Assembly (NCBI GenBank): GCA_963747935.1
Contig: CAVVGY010000006.1
Location: 105,161-169,160 of the forward strand
From: an uncultured Thermoleophilia bacterium
GTDB taxonomy: Bacteria; Actinomycetota; Thermoleophilia; UBA2241
Reading direction: 5' to 3'
DNA length: 64,000 bases
Shown: positions 52,938 to 61,551 of the stretch, in pieces
Position numbering within the stretch: position 1 is the first letter of the stretch
Layout: every line of letters starts with the position of its first letter
Position numbers and translations under genes: made by a program
The notes under the pieces: model-generated
Told to the model about the DNA's origin: nothing
The model's database searches: none
Seen by the model: only the letters and a program-made list of their open reading frames with translations

Positions 52938-53030
52938 GCTGCGGCGCTCCCTCCCCGGTCGTCAAGAGATGAGAAAAGTGGCCGCGCACCCGCCGTCGAA
53001 GCACGTCCTCCGAGCGTCCTTGTCGTGCGC

Positions 53031-53136
53031 AAGCTCGGGTCAGGCGACCCCACGGCACATGGAATGGCCTGCTTACCGCTGCTTCCTCCCGGACCTGACG
53101 GGGTTCGCAGGGTTCCATTGCGTAGGACCCGACCTT
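53031..53136 (-). ncRNA. ffs: Signal recognition particle RNA (small bacterial 4.5S type)
   Basis: The minus strand reads ...CCCCGUCAGGUCCGGGAGGAAGCAGCGGUAAGC..., matching the conserved domain IV CAGGUCCGGAAGGAAGCAGC with a GNRA loop. Flanking helices pair: AUGGAA/UUCCAU, GGGUC/GACCC and AAGGUCGGGUC/GACCCGAGCUU. The ends are approximate. Confidence 0.8.
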
Positions 53137-53298
53137 CAACGCCGCGACACGACTGACAGCCTCGCGGAACGGCCCCTCGGGCGGGAATTCAGCCCCGCTG
53201 TAGCGGATTGCGGGTACAGGGCACCGCTGGCTCCCCGCCTAGCGCGACCGCCGTTAAGGCTACCCGCGCTCCGCGGGGGAAGCAAACGTCGACGCTGC

Positions 53299-54261
53299 CT
53301 ACTCAGGCTGCTGAGCGGCCGGCGGCTGCCGAGCGTCCGGCCCGGCCGCCTGAGCGAGTCCGGCGAGGGAGGCCGCGCGGCCGACGGCCGCGACCACCGC
53401 GTCGGGGTCCGAGAACTGGGGCATGTGCCCGGCGCCGGGCACGCGCACGAGCTCCGAGCGCGGCACCAGGGTGTGGAGCCGCTCGGACACCGCGGGCGGC
53501 ACCATGCGGTCCTCCGCGCCGACCACGATCACCAGCGGGACCTGCAGACCGGGGTAGCGGGGCCGCAGGGCGGCCAGGCCCTCTTCGGCCATCTGACGGT
53601 CGGCGCCGTCGGTCCTGAGCGCCGCGGGTTGCAGCGCCAGGCGCGGCGCGATGTCGAGGTACGCGGCCGGCGCCGGCGTGGGGGAGAAGGCGCGCTCGAC
53701 GGCGCCGCGTACCAGCGGGCGTCCGAGGCGGGAGCGGCCCAGAGCGCCGACGGCCTGCAGCACGGCCGGGTACCGCATCAGCTTGACCACCCACGGCGGG
53801 GGGCCTCCGAGCGGCAGCGCGTACGCGCCGAGCGTGACCACCGCCGCGACCTCGTCCGGGGCGTCGAGCGCCCAAGCGAGGGCCACAGCGGCGCCCATGG
53901 AGTGGCCCACGAGGATCGGGCGCTCGAGCCCGAGCTGCCGGGCGGCGGCGCGCAGCACCGCCGCCTGTGCCTCGGGCCGGTTCGCCCCGTCCGGCGGCCT
54001 GCCGCTGAAGCCCGATCCCGGACGGTCCATCGCCACGGTCGTGTAGCTCTCGGCCAGTCGCGGTCCCAGCGAGAGCGTGAAGTCGTAGGTGGAGCCTTTG
54101 GCGCCGTGGACGTAGACGAGCGCCGGTCCCTCGCCGGCGCGCACGAAGTGCACGCGCACACCCCCGGCGACGACGAACGAGCCCGGCGGAGTCAGGGCTG
54201 CCGGTCTGCCTGCGGATCCACCCCTCATGCAGGCAGTCTTGGCGGTGACGTCCAGTTGCAA
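53299..54261 (-). CDS. Alpha/beta-fold hydrolase
   Basis: An HG oxyanion region (LVYVHGAKGS), the nucleophile elbow LVGHSMGAAVA, and a C-terminal GAGHMPQF. The start is uncertain. Confidence 0.85.
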   Translation of the reverse strand: MQLDVTAKTACMRGGSAGRPAALTPPGSFVVAGGVRVHFVRAGEGPALVYVHGAKGSTYDFTLSLGPRLAESYTTVAMDRPGSGFSGRPPDGANRPEAQAAVLRAAARQLGLERPILVGHSMGAAVALAWALDAPDEVAAVVTLGAYALPLGGPPPWVVKLMRYPAVLQAVGALGRSRLGRPLVRGAVERAFSPTPAPAAYLDIAPRLALQPAALRTDGADRQMAEEGLAALRPRYPGLQVPLVIVVGAEDRMVPPAVSERLHTLVPRSELVRVPGAGHMPQFSDPDAVVAAVGRAASLAGLAQAAGPDARQPPAAQQPE

Positions 54262-54289
54262 ACCTCTGACCCCCGGCTACAGTGAGGTC

Positions 54290-56597
54290 GTGGGCACACG
54301 TCGTCACCTCTTCGCGGCGCTGATCGTGGCGCTGGTCGTCCTGGCGGTCGCCCTTGCGGTGACACCGTGGGACGCGCCGGGACCCGTCTCGAGCGCTGCT
54401 CCGGCCGACCGGTTCTCCTCGGAGCGCGCCATGGACGTCCTGCGGCACATCGCGGCCGAGCCGCGTCCCATAGGCTCCCGGCAGTCTGCGGTCGTGAGGG
54501 AGTACATCTTCGCCCGCCTGCAGGCTCTGGCGTTGATGCCTCACGTGCAGGCCAACGAGGTGGTGTCCCAGCGCGAGCCGCGCGTGGCCGGGCTCGTACA
54601 CAACGTGGTCGGCCGCCTGCCCGGCCGGGACCCGTCTCGGGCGGTGCTCCTCGTGGCTCACTACGACTCCGTGGCGACGGCGCCCGGTGCCGCGGACGAC
54701 GGCAGCGGCGTCGCCGCCCTCCTCGAGACGGCGCGCGCCCTGCGCGCCGGCCCGCCGCCCGCCAACGACATCATCTTCCTGTTCACGGACGGGGAGGAGC
54801 GGGGGCTGCTGGGCTCCCAGTCGTTCCTGGAGCGGGAGCCGTGGGCGTATGCGGCCGGCGTGGTGCTGAACTTCGACAGCGCCGGCTCGTCGTCTCCGGC
54901 GCTCATGTACGAGACCAGCCCGCAGAACGGCCGGCTGGTCCAGGCCTACCTCGCCGCCGGTCGTCCCTACGGGTCGTCGCTGATGTACGAGGTGTCCCGG
55001 CGCCAGCCCGTGGTGAGCGACTTCCGCCCGTTCGTGGCGAGGGGCATCCCCGGCATGACCTTCGGCATGCTGGACGGCCCGGCCTACGACCACACCGCCT
55101 ACGACTCGCTGGGCTCCTTCCACGAGGCGGGGCTGCAGCACGAGGGCGAGACGGCGCTCGCGCTGGCGCGCCGCCTGGGTGACGCCGACCTCTGGTCGCT
55201 GCGCGGCCCGGACCTCGTCTACTTCGACCTCACCGGGAGCGTGGCGGTCTCGTACCCGACGTCCTACGTGCGCCCGTTCATGTACGTCGCCCTTGCGCTG
55301 TTCGTGGCCGCCGTGGCGCTCGCCGCGCGTCGCAGGCTCCTGACACTGCGCGGGGTGGCCTGGGCGACGCTCGGCACCAGCGCCACACTGTGTGCGTCCC
55401 TGCTGGTCGTGGCGATCGGCTGGTCGATGTACCGCACGGCCTATGAGGAGCGCGTGTGGACCGGCACCGGCGTGGTGATCAGCGACTGGTACCGGCTGGG
55501 TCTGGTGCTGCTGGCGGCGGCCGTGGTGCTCGGCATCTACGCCGGCCTGCTGCGCCGCCTGCGCGCCTGGGACCTCGCCGTGGTGGCGCTCGCCTGGTGG
55601 GCCGCCGGCTCGGTGATCGTCGCGCTGTCGTTCCCCGGCGCCAGTTACCTGCTCACGTGGTCGCTGGCGGGCGGCGCGCTTGGGCTCGCCGGCGCCGCCC
55701 TCGTCGACCGGCCCGGGGACGGCCGTCCGGCGGCCGCGCTCATCGCCCTGGCCGGCGCCGTGCCCGGGCTCATGCTCCTGAGCTCCGCGGTGTACCTGCT
55801 GCTGATGTCCGCCGGGCTCAAGCAGGGCGTCACCGTGCTGGCCGTCTGGCTGCTCGCCGGCCTGCTGATGCTGCCGCTCGCCAGCCGTCCTGCGGGCGTT
55901 CCGGTTCTGGCTGCCGGGGGCGCTCGCCGTGGCCGGCGTGGTGGTGCTGTTCGCCGTCGGGTCCACGGTGGCGTTCGACAGCCAGCACCCCAAGTTCACG
56001 AGCGTCTCCTACCGCCTGGCGCCGAACGGCAAGGCCACCTGGGAGACCATCGACCGCCCCGACGCCTACACGCGCACGTTCCTCGGCGCCTCATCGAGCC
56101 GGCAGATGGTGCCGCAGTACTACCCGCAGTTCGGGTCGCAGGCCATCACCAGCGGGCCGGCGCCCGTCTACGCCTTGCGCAGGCCGGCCATCAAGGTCCT
56201 CTCGGACGTGACGGTCGGCGACCGCCGCACCGTGAAGCTCAGGCTGCGCCCGCAGGGCGAAGCCGCGGTGCTCAGCCTGCTGGTGCACACCGTGGTCGGC
56301 ACCCTGAGCGCGAGCGTCGACGGGCACGCCCTGGCCGGGCGGGACACGACGCTCTTTGACGCCAGCAACGTGCGCTGGTCGTTCGACTACTACGCCCCGC
56401 CGCCGGAGGGCGTCGAGGTCACGCTCGACTTCGCCGCGGGACCCAAGGTGCAACTGCGAGCCGTGGACTTCACGTACGGGTTGCCGGCCGGCGCCGCCGG
56501 GTCCTACCCGGCCCGGCCGGCCGGCATGCTGCCGGGCCGCCTCGGCGACGGCACGCTCACCGAGACGACGCTCAGGCTGCCGGCGACCCAGCGCTGA
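54290..56597 (+). CDS. M28-family metallopeptidase fused to a polytopic membrane domain; one frame break near 55885-55900
   Basis: LLVAHYDSVATAPGAADDGSGVAALLE and FLFTDGEERGLLGSQ, then about 8 TM helices. The C-terminal domain continues in the +1 frame (FWLPGALAVAGVVVLFAV...). The start is uncertain. Confidence 0.8.
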
Positions 56598-56626
56598 CCC
56601 CGGGTGTCGGTGGGTATGCGGCGCTC

Positions 56627-57133
56627 CTACAACACCCTCTGCCAGTAGCCCACGTCGACCCAGCGGCCGAACTTGCGCCCGACCTCGCGGAACAGGCCCG
56701 CCTGCGCGAGCCCGAAGCGCTCGTGGAGCGCCACGCTGGCCGGGTTGGGCAGGGCGATGACGGCGATCACCGCGTGCACCTCCAGCCCTCGGAGCCGCGC
56801 GAACAGCTCCTCATAGAGGCGGGTGCCGATGCCGCCGCCCGTGGCGTCCGGCGCGACGTAGGCCGTGCACTCCACGGTGTGCCGGTACGCGTCGCGCGGG
56901 TTCCACGGCGATGCGTAGGCGTAGCCGGCGACCGTGCCGTCCCGCAGGGCGACCAGCCACGGCAGGCCGCCGTCCCGGACGGCGGCGATGCGCGCGGCCA
57001 TCACGGACGCGGGGACCGCCGTCTCCTCGAAGGTGACGGCGGTCCCCAGCACGTAGTGGTCGTAGATGGCGGCGACGGCGGCCGCGTCGGCCGCCGTCGC
57101 GTCACGGATCTCGAGGTGGGCGCGCCCGGCCAC
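56627..57133 (-). CDS. GNAT N-acetyltransferase, phosphinothricin-acetyltransferase (PAT/ArsN1-like) family
   Basis: IRDATAADAAAVAAIYDHYVLGTAVTFEE...GGGIGTRLYEELF...LPNPASVALHERFGF-like pattern. Confidence 0.8.
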   Translation of the reverse strand: MAGRAHLEIRDATAADAAAVAAIYDHYVLGTAVTFEETAVPASVMAARIAAVRDGGLPWLVALRDGTVAGYAYASPWNPRDAYRHTVECTAYVAPDATGGGIGTRLYEELFARLRGLEVHAVIAVIALPNPASVALHERFGLAQAGLFREVGRKFGRWVDVGYWQRVL

Positions 57134-57134
57134 C

Positions 57135-59819
57135 CTAGAGCCGGAGCACGAGCTCCCGGACCTCCGGCTCGTCGCCCGGGCGCACGTCGAACCCGAGGTC
57201 CTCGGCGAAGCGGGTCATGCCCGGGTTGGCCGCCAGCACGTGCCCGCGGATCTCGCGCACGTGCCGGTCGCGGGCCGCCTGGATGAGCGCGTCCATGAGC
57301 TTGCTGCCGATGCCTTTGCGCTGGTAGGCGTCGCGTACGACGATCGCGAACTCACCCTCCTCCACGTTGGCGGTCTCGATGGTAAGCCGCGCTACGCCGA
57401 TCATCATCATCTTCTTCTTGCCCTTGGGCTCGCGGATGGCGGCCAGGGCGATCTCGCGGTCGTAGTCGATGTGGCAGTAGCGCACCAGCATCGACTTGGT
57501 GACCTCTCTGATCGGCCCGAAGAAGCGGTACTCGGCGGTGGCGGGGGAGAGAGACTCGATCATGTCGCTCCAGAGCGGCTCGTCCTCCGGCTTGATGGCG
57601 CGGATGACGACGTCTTCACCGTCCAGCGGGACTTCCCAGCGATACTTGCTGGGATACATGGAGATCATGAGGTGCGCGCCGGGCAGGGCGATCTTGCGTA
57701 CGTCCTTGGGCTCGATGACGATGCGCGCGTCGAGCGCGCACACACCGTCGGTGCGCACTTGCAGGGGGTTGATGTCCATCTCGAGGATCTCGGGGAAGTC
57801 GACCAGCAGGTAGCTCATCTTCACCAGCGCCTGCTCGAGCGCCACCATGTCCACAGGCGCCTTGCCGCGGTAGCCGCGCAGCAGCTGACTGACCTTGGTG
57901 CTCTGGATCATGGACTGCGCGAGCGCCTGGTTGACCGGCGGGAAGTCCACGGCCACGTCGCGGTAGAGCTCCACGCCGGTGCCGCCCATGCCGAACATCA
58001 TCGCCGGGCCGAACGTGGGATCCTTCTTCGAGCCGAGGATGACCTCGTAGCCGCCGCGGCTCATCGCCTCGACGGCGACGCCGATGATGACCGCGTCCGG
58101 CTTCGCCTCACGGACGCGGTCGGTGATCTTGGCGAACTGGTTGGCCGCCTCGGGGGCGGACCGCACGTTGAGGGCGATGCCGCCCACGTCGCTCTTGTGG
58201 GTGATGTCGTGGCTGAGGATCTTGATGGCGACGGGGAAGCCGATCTCCTCGGCCGCCTTGGCGCACTCCTCCGCCGTCCTGGCGACCAGCGTCTTGACCA
58301 CGCAGATCTGGTACGCGTCGAGCACGTCCTTGGCCTCGGGCTCGCTCAGGATGCTGCGCCCGTCGCGGGCCACGTCGAGGAAGATCTTCTTGACCGCGTC
58401 CCTGTCAGGCTCGAAGTCCGGCAGGATGTCGGCGGGCGTCTCGTAGAGGTTCCCGAGGTTGCGCGTGTACTGGTACATGTACATGTAGGCGCCCACCGCG
58501 TCCTCGGGCGTGCCGAAGGTGGGCACGTGGGCCTCGCGCAGGATCTTCAGCGCCTCCGCCACCTTGATCTCGCCCATGAACGAGGTGAGCAGCGGCTTGA
58601 GCTGGTGGCTGCGGGCGACCTCGATGAGCGCGTTCGCGGTGCCCGTGGGGTCGCTCATCGCCTGCGGCGTGAGGATCGCGAGCACGCCGTCGCAGTTGGG
58701 GTCGTCCATGAGCGCCTGGGCGGCCGTTGCGTACCGGACCGCGTCGGCGTCTCCGGCGACGTCGACGGGGTTGCCGCGCGCGGCGAAGCCGGGCAGCGCG
58801 GCCTTCAGCTTCACGTCGGTCTCGGGATCGAGCTCGGCGAGCTCGCCGCCCAGGTGCAGCAGGCGGTCGCTCGCCATGACGCCGGGACCGCCGGCGTTGG
58901 TGACGATGCCGAGGTGCGGCCCGCGCGGGCTGCTGACGCGGCTCAGCGCCTCGCTCGCGTCGAACAGGTCCTCGATCTGGTCCACGCGGACGACGCCGGC
59001 GCGGCGGAAGACGGCGCTGTAGAGCGTGTCGTCGCCGGCGAGGGCGCCGGTGTGGCTGGCGGCCGCAAGCGCGCTGCGCGCCGTGCGGCCGCTCTTCACC
59101 ACGATGATCGGCTTGCTCTTGGCGAAGTGCCGCGCCGCACTCATGAACTTGCGCGCGTCGGTGATCGACTCGATGTACAGGATGATGCTGCTGGTGTGCG
59201 AGTCGGCGCCGAAGTAGTCGATGAGGTCGCCGAAGTCCACGTCGCTCATGGAGCCCACGCTGACGAAGGCGCTGAACCCGATGTTGTTGGCGGCGGCCCA
59301 GTCGAGGATCGCGGTGCCCAGGGCGCCGCTCTGGCTGAAGAACGCGACCCGGCCCGCCGGCGGGATGACGTGGGCGAACGTCGCGTTGAGGTTCATGGCC
59401 GGGCGGATGTAGCCGAGGCAGTTGGGCCCGACGATACGGACGCCGTAGCTCTCGGCGATGGACTTGACCTCGTCCTCGAGCCGCCGGCCCTCCTTGCCGA
59501 TCTCCTTGAACCCGGAGCTGACGATGACGGCGCCGGCGACGCCGGCCTCGCCGCACTCGCGCATGGTCTGCGGCACGTTCTTGGCCGGCACGGCGATGAT
59601 GGCGAGGTCGATCTTGCGCGGCACCTGGCTGATGCTCGCGTAGGCCTGGATGCCCTGCACGGACTGGGCCGAGACGTTGACCGGGTAGACGATGCCCTGG
59701 TACTCGGCGCCGATCAGGTTGCGGAGGAGGATGTAGCCGACGGACCCCTTCTTGTTGCTGGCGCCGATGACGGCGATGCTCTTGGGGTCGAACAGCTTGT
59801 CCAGATTGCGTGTACTCAT
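57135..59819 (-). CDS. Pat/PatZ-like protein lysine acetyltransferase: NDP-forming acetyl-CoA synthetase-like domains fused to a C-terminal GNAT
   Basis: CoA-binding N-terminus (KSIAVIGASNKKGSVGY), succinyl-CoA-synthetase-like and ATP-grasp segments, and a C-terminal GNAT (FAIVVRDAYQRKGIGSKLM). Confidence 0.85.
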   Translation of the reverse strand: MSTRNLDKLFDPKSIAVIGASNKKGSVGYILLRNLIGAEYQGIVYPVNVSAQSVQGIQAYASISQVPRKIDLAIIAVPAKNVPQTMRECGEAGVAGAVIVSSGFKEIGKEGRRLEDEVKSIAESYGVRIVGPNCLGYIRPAMNLNATFAHVIPPAGRVAFFSQSGALGTAILDWAAANNIGFSAFVSVGSMSDVDFGDLIDYFGADSHTSSIILYIESITDARKFMSAARHFAKSKPIIVVKSGRTARSALAAASHTGALAGDDTLYSAVFRRAGVVRVDQIEDLFDASEALSRVSSPRGPHLGIVTNAGGPGVMASDRLLHLGGELAELDPETDVKLKAALPGFAARGNPVDVAGDADAVRYATAAQALMDDPNCDGVLAILTPQAMSDPTGTANALIEVARSHQLKPLLTSFMGEIKVAEALKILREAHVPTFGTPEDAVGAYMYMYQYTRNLGNLYETPADILPDFEPDRDAVKKIFLDVARDGRSILSEPEAKDVLDAYQICVVKTLVARTAEECAKAAEEIGFPVAIKILSHDITHKSDVGGIALNVRSAPEAANQFAKITDRVREAKPDAVIIGVAVEAMSRGGYEVILGSKKDPTFGPAMMFGMGGTGVELYRDVAVDFPPVNQALAQSMIQSTKVSQLLRGYRGKAPVDMVALEQALVKMSYLLVDFPEILEMDINPLQVRTDGVCALDARIVIEPKDVRKIALPGAHLMISMYPSKYRWEVPLDGEDVVIRAIKPEDEPLWSDMIESLSPATAEYRFFGPIREVTKSMLVRYCHIDYDREIALAAIREPKGKKKMMMIGVARLTIETANVEEGEFAIVVRDAYQRKGIGSKLMDALIQAARDRHVREIRGHVLAANPGMTRFAEDLGFDVRPGDEPEVRELVLRL

Positions 59820-60096
59820 CTTCTTGGTCCCGTCTTTCGTGGTTGCGGTGTTCCGCCGCGCGTATGCGTCCACGACGAACCGTCTTGTGACGATTCGCGG
59901 GGGGTCTCAGGGCGCGAGTGCCGGGCCTCGGCGGAGAGCTTGCCCACGCACGCTGTCGTATCGGTCCAGAGACTCCTTGTGAATCTTAACGCGTGTGCGC
60001 CCGGGATTCACCCTGTCGCGGTCCGTTTCGTGAAGGTTCTGGCGCGGACGGCGCGGGTAAGACCCGGCCCGACACACTCCGGCCCGGGGAGGCGGC

Positions 60097-61464
60097 ATGA
60101 CCGAACCGATCTACGCGCAGCGCTACCACACGCGAAAGCACCTTCCGCCGGGCCGCGCGGCCGCGGCCTACCAGGGGCAGGACGCGCAGGGGCGGCCGGT
60201 GGTCGTGACCGTCCTCCGGCCGTTCGACCCGGACACGTTCCTGCGCACCGTGGGCACCGTCTCCTCGGTGCGCCACCTGGACCTCGCGCCGGTGGTCGAC
60301 GCGGGGCGCGAGGGCGCCGACTGCTTCGTGGTGCAGGAGGACCCGGGCGGGACCGATGCTCTCACGCTGGCCGGCGCCGGGCCGCTGCCGGTGGCGAACG
60401 CGGCGCTCATGGCGGCGTCGGCCGCCGCCGGGCTCACCGCGCTCCACGCGCGCGGCGTCGTCCACGGCGGCGTCGACCCCACGACGCTCACGCGCGCCGC
60501 CGACGGCTCCACCAAGCTGACCGGTGCGGGATTCGCGGAGGCGTACCCGCCGCCGGACCTCCGGCCCGGCACGCCGCCGGGCATCGCCCGGTACCTGAGC
60601 CCGGAGGAGGTCGCCGGACGCGCGCCGTCGCCGGCCTCCGACGTCTACCGTCTCGGGCTCGTCGCCTACCTGCTGCTCACCGGGCACCACGCGTTCGACG
60701 GCGTCGACGCCGCCATCGTCGCTCAGGAGCAGCTGGACGGGGTGGTGCGGCCGCCGCAGCTCCTGAACCCGGAGGTGCCGCCGGCGCTCGCCCAGATCGT
60801 GATGCGCGCGCTGGCCAAGGACCCCGGCGCGCGCGGCACCGCCGCCCAGTTCCAGGCCGACATCGAGCGCGTGCTGCGTTCGGCTCAGGTCGAAGAGGTC
60901 GCCGTGGAGCGCAAGCCCAGCCGCGCCTGGCTCTGGATCCTGCTGGTGGTCATCGCCGCGCTCATCGCGCTCGGCGCCGTCTGGGCGCTCACCCGCGACA
61001 CGGGGGGAGACGTCAAGGTCCCGGACGTGACCGGGATGACGCAGAAGAAGGCAGGCGCCACACTCGCCGACGCCGGTCTCAAGACGGGCAAGGTGACGCG
61101 CGTCCAGAGCTCGGAGCCCGAGGGTACGGTGGTCGCGCAGGACCCGGCAGCAGGCGACAAGGTGGCGGACGGCTCCGCCGTCGACCTCGAGGTCGCTGGG
61201 GCTCCCACCCCGACGGCCACCCCGGTCGCGGTGCCGAACGTCGTAGGCAGCTCGCAGGCCAACGCGCAGGCGCAGCTCGCCGACGCCGGGTTCCAGGTGG
61301 TCGTCACGCAGGCGGCCAGCGACACCGTGCCCGCCGGCACCGTGGTGTCGCAGGCTCCGCAGGCCGGCGTGATCGCATCGCAGGGCAGCACGGTGAGCAT
61401 CGTGGTCTCGACCGGCCCGCAGCCCACGTCCACGCCGACGCCGTCCACCTCGGCCAGCCCGTGA
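60097..61464 (+). CDS. PknB-like protein with a degenerate (pseudo)kinase domain, one TM helix and two PASTA domains
   Basis: Kinase-fold landmarks are retained (YLSPEE, SDVYRLGLVAYLLLTG, ALAKDPGAR). Catalytic motifs are replaced: VAIK->VVVTVL, HRDxKPxN->HGGVDPTT, DFG->GAG. The PASTA repeats are VKVPDVTGMTQKKAGATLADAGL... and VAVPNVVGSSQANAQAQLADAGF... Confidence 0.8.
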   Translation: MTEPIYAQRYHTRKHLPPGRAAAAYQGQDAQGRPVVVTVLRPFDPDTFLRTVGTVSSVRHLDLAPVVDAGREGADCFVVQEDPGGTDALTLAGAGPLPVANAALMAASAAAGLTALHARGVVHGGVDPTTLTRAADGSTKLTGAGFAEAYPPPDLRPGTPPGIARYLSPEEVAGRAPSPASDVYRLGLVAYLLLTGHHAFDGVDAAIVAQEQLDGVVRPPQLLNPEVPPALAQIVMRALAKDPGARGTAAQFQADIERVLRSAQVEEVAVERKPSRAWLWILLVVIAALIALGAVWALTRDTGGDVKVPDVTGMTQKKAGATLADAGLKTGKVTRVQSSEPEGTVVAQDPAAGDKVADGSAVDLEVAGAPTPTATPVAVPNVVGSSQANAQAQLADAGFQVVVTQAASDTVPAGTVVSQAPQAGVIASQGSTVSIVVSTGPQPTSTPTPSTSASP

Positions 61465-61489
61465 GGCCGCCCGGCGAGCAGCAGTGAAA

Positions 61490-61527
61490 GAAGAGGGCGG
61501 GCGGCCTGCCGGCCGCCCGCCCTCTTC
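61490..61527. terminator. Bidirectional terminator-like GC hairpin between the convergent pseudokinase and acs genes
   Basis: GAAGAGGGCGGGCGGCC-TGCC-GGCCGCCCGCCCTCTTC, a 17-bp stem. Confidence 0.7.
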
Positions 61528-61551
61528 GAGCGTTCGTCTCTGAGCGCGAGA

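Noticed and set aside
57066-61487. A 1473-aa ORF on the plus strand. Similar giants include 53303..55999 (-), 4096..6132 (-), 12050..14209 (+), 21717..24293 (+) and 39896..42337 (+).
   Set aside because: The translations are Arg/Ala/Gly/Pro-rich low-complexity strings with no motifs. They lie antisense or off-frame to genes with strong family signatures. This is the typical stop-codon-poor artefact of roughly 70% GC DNA.
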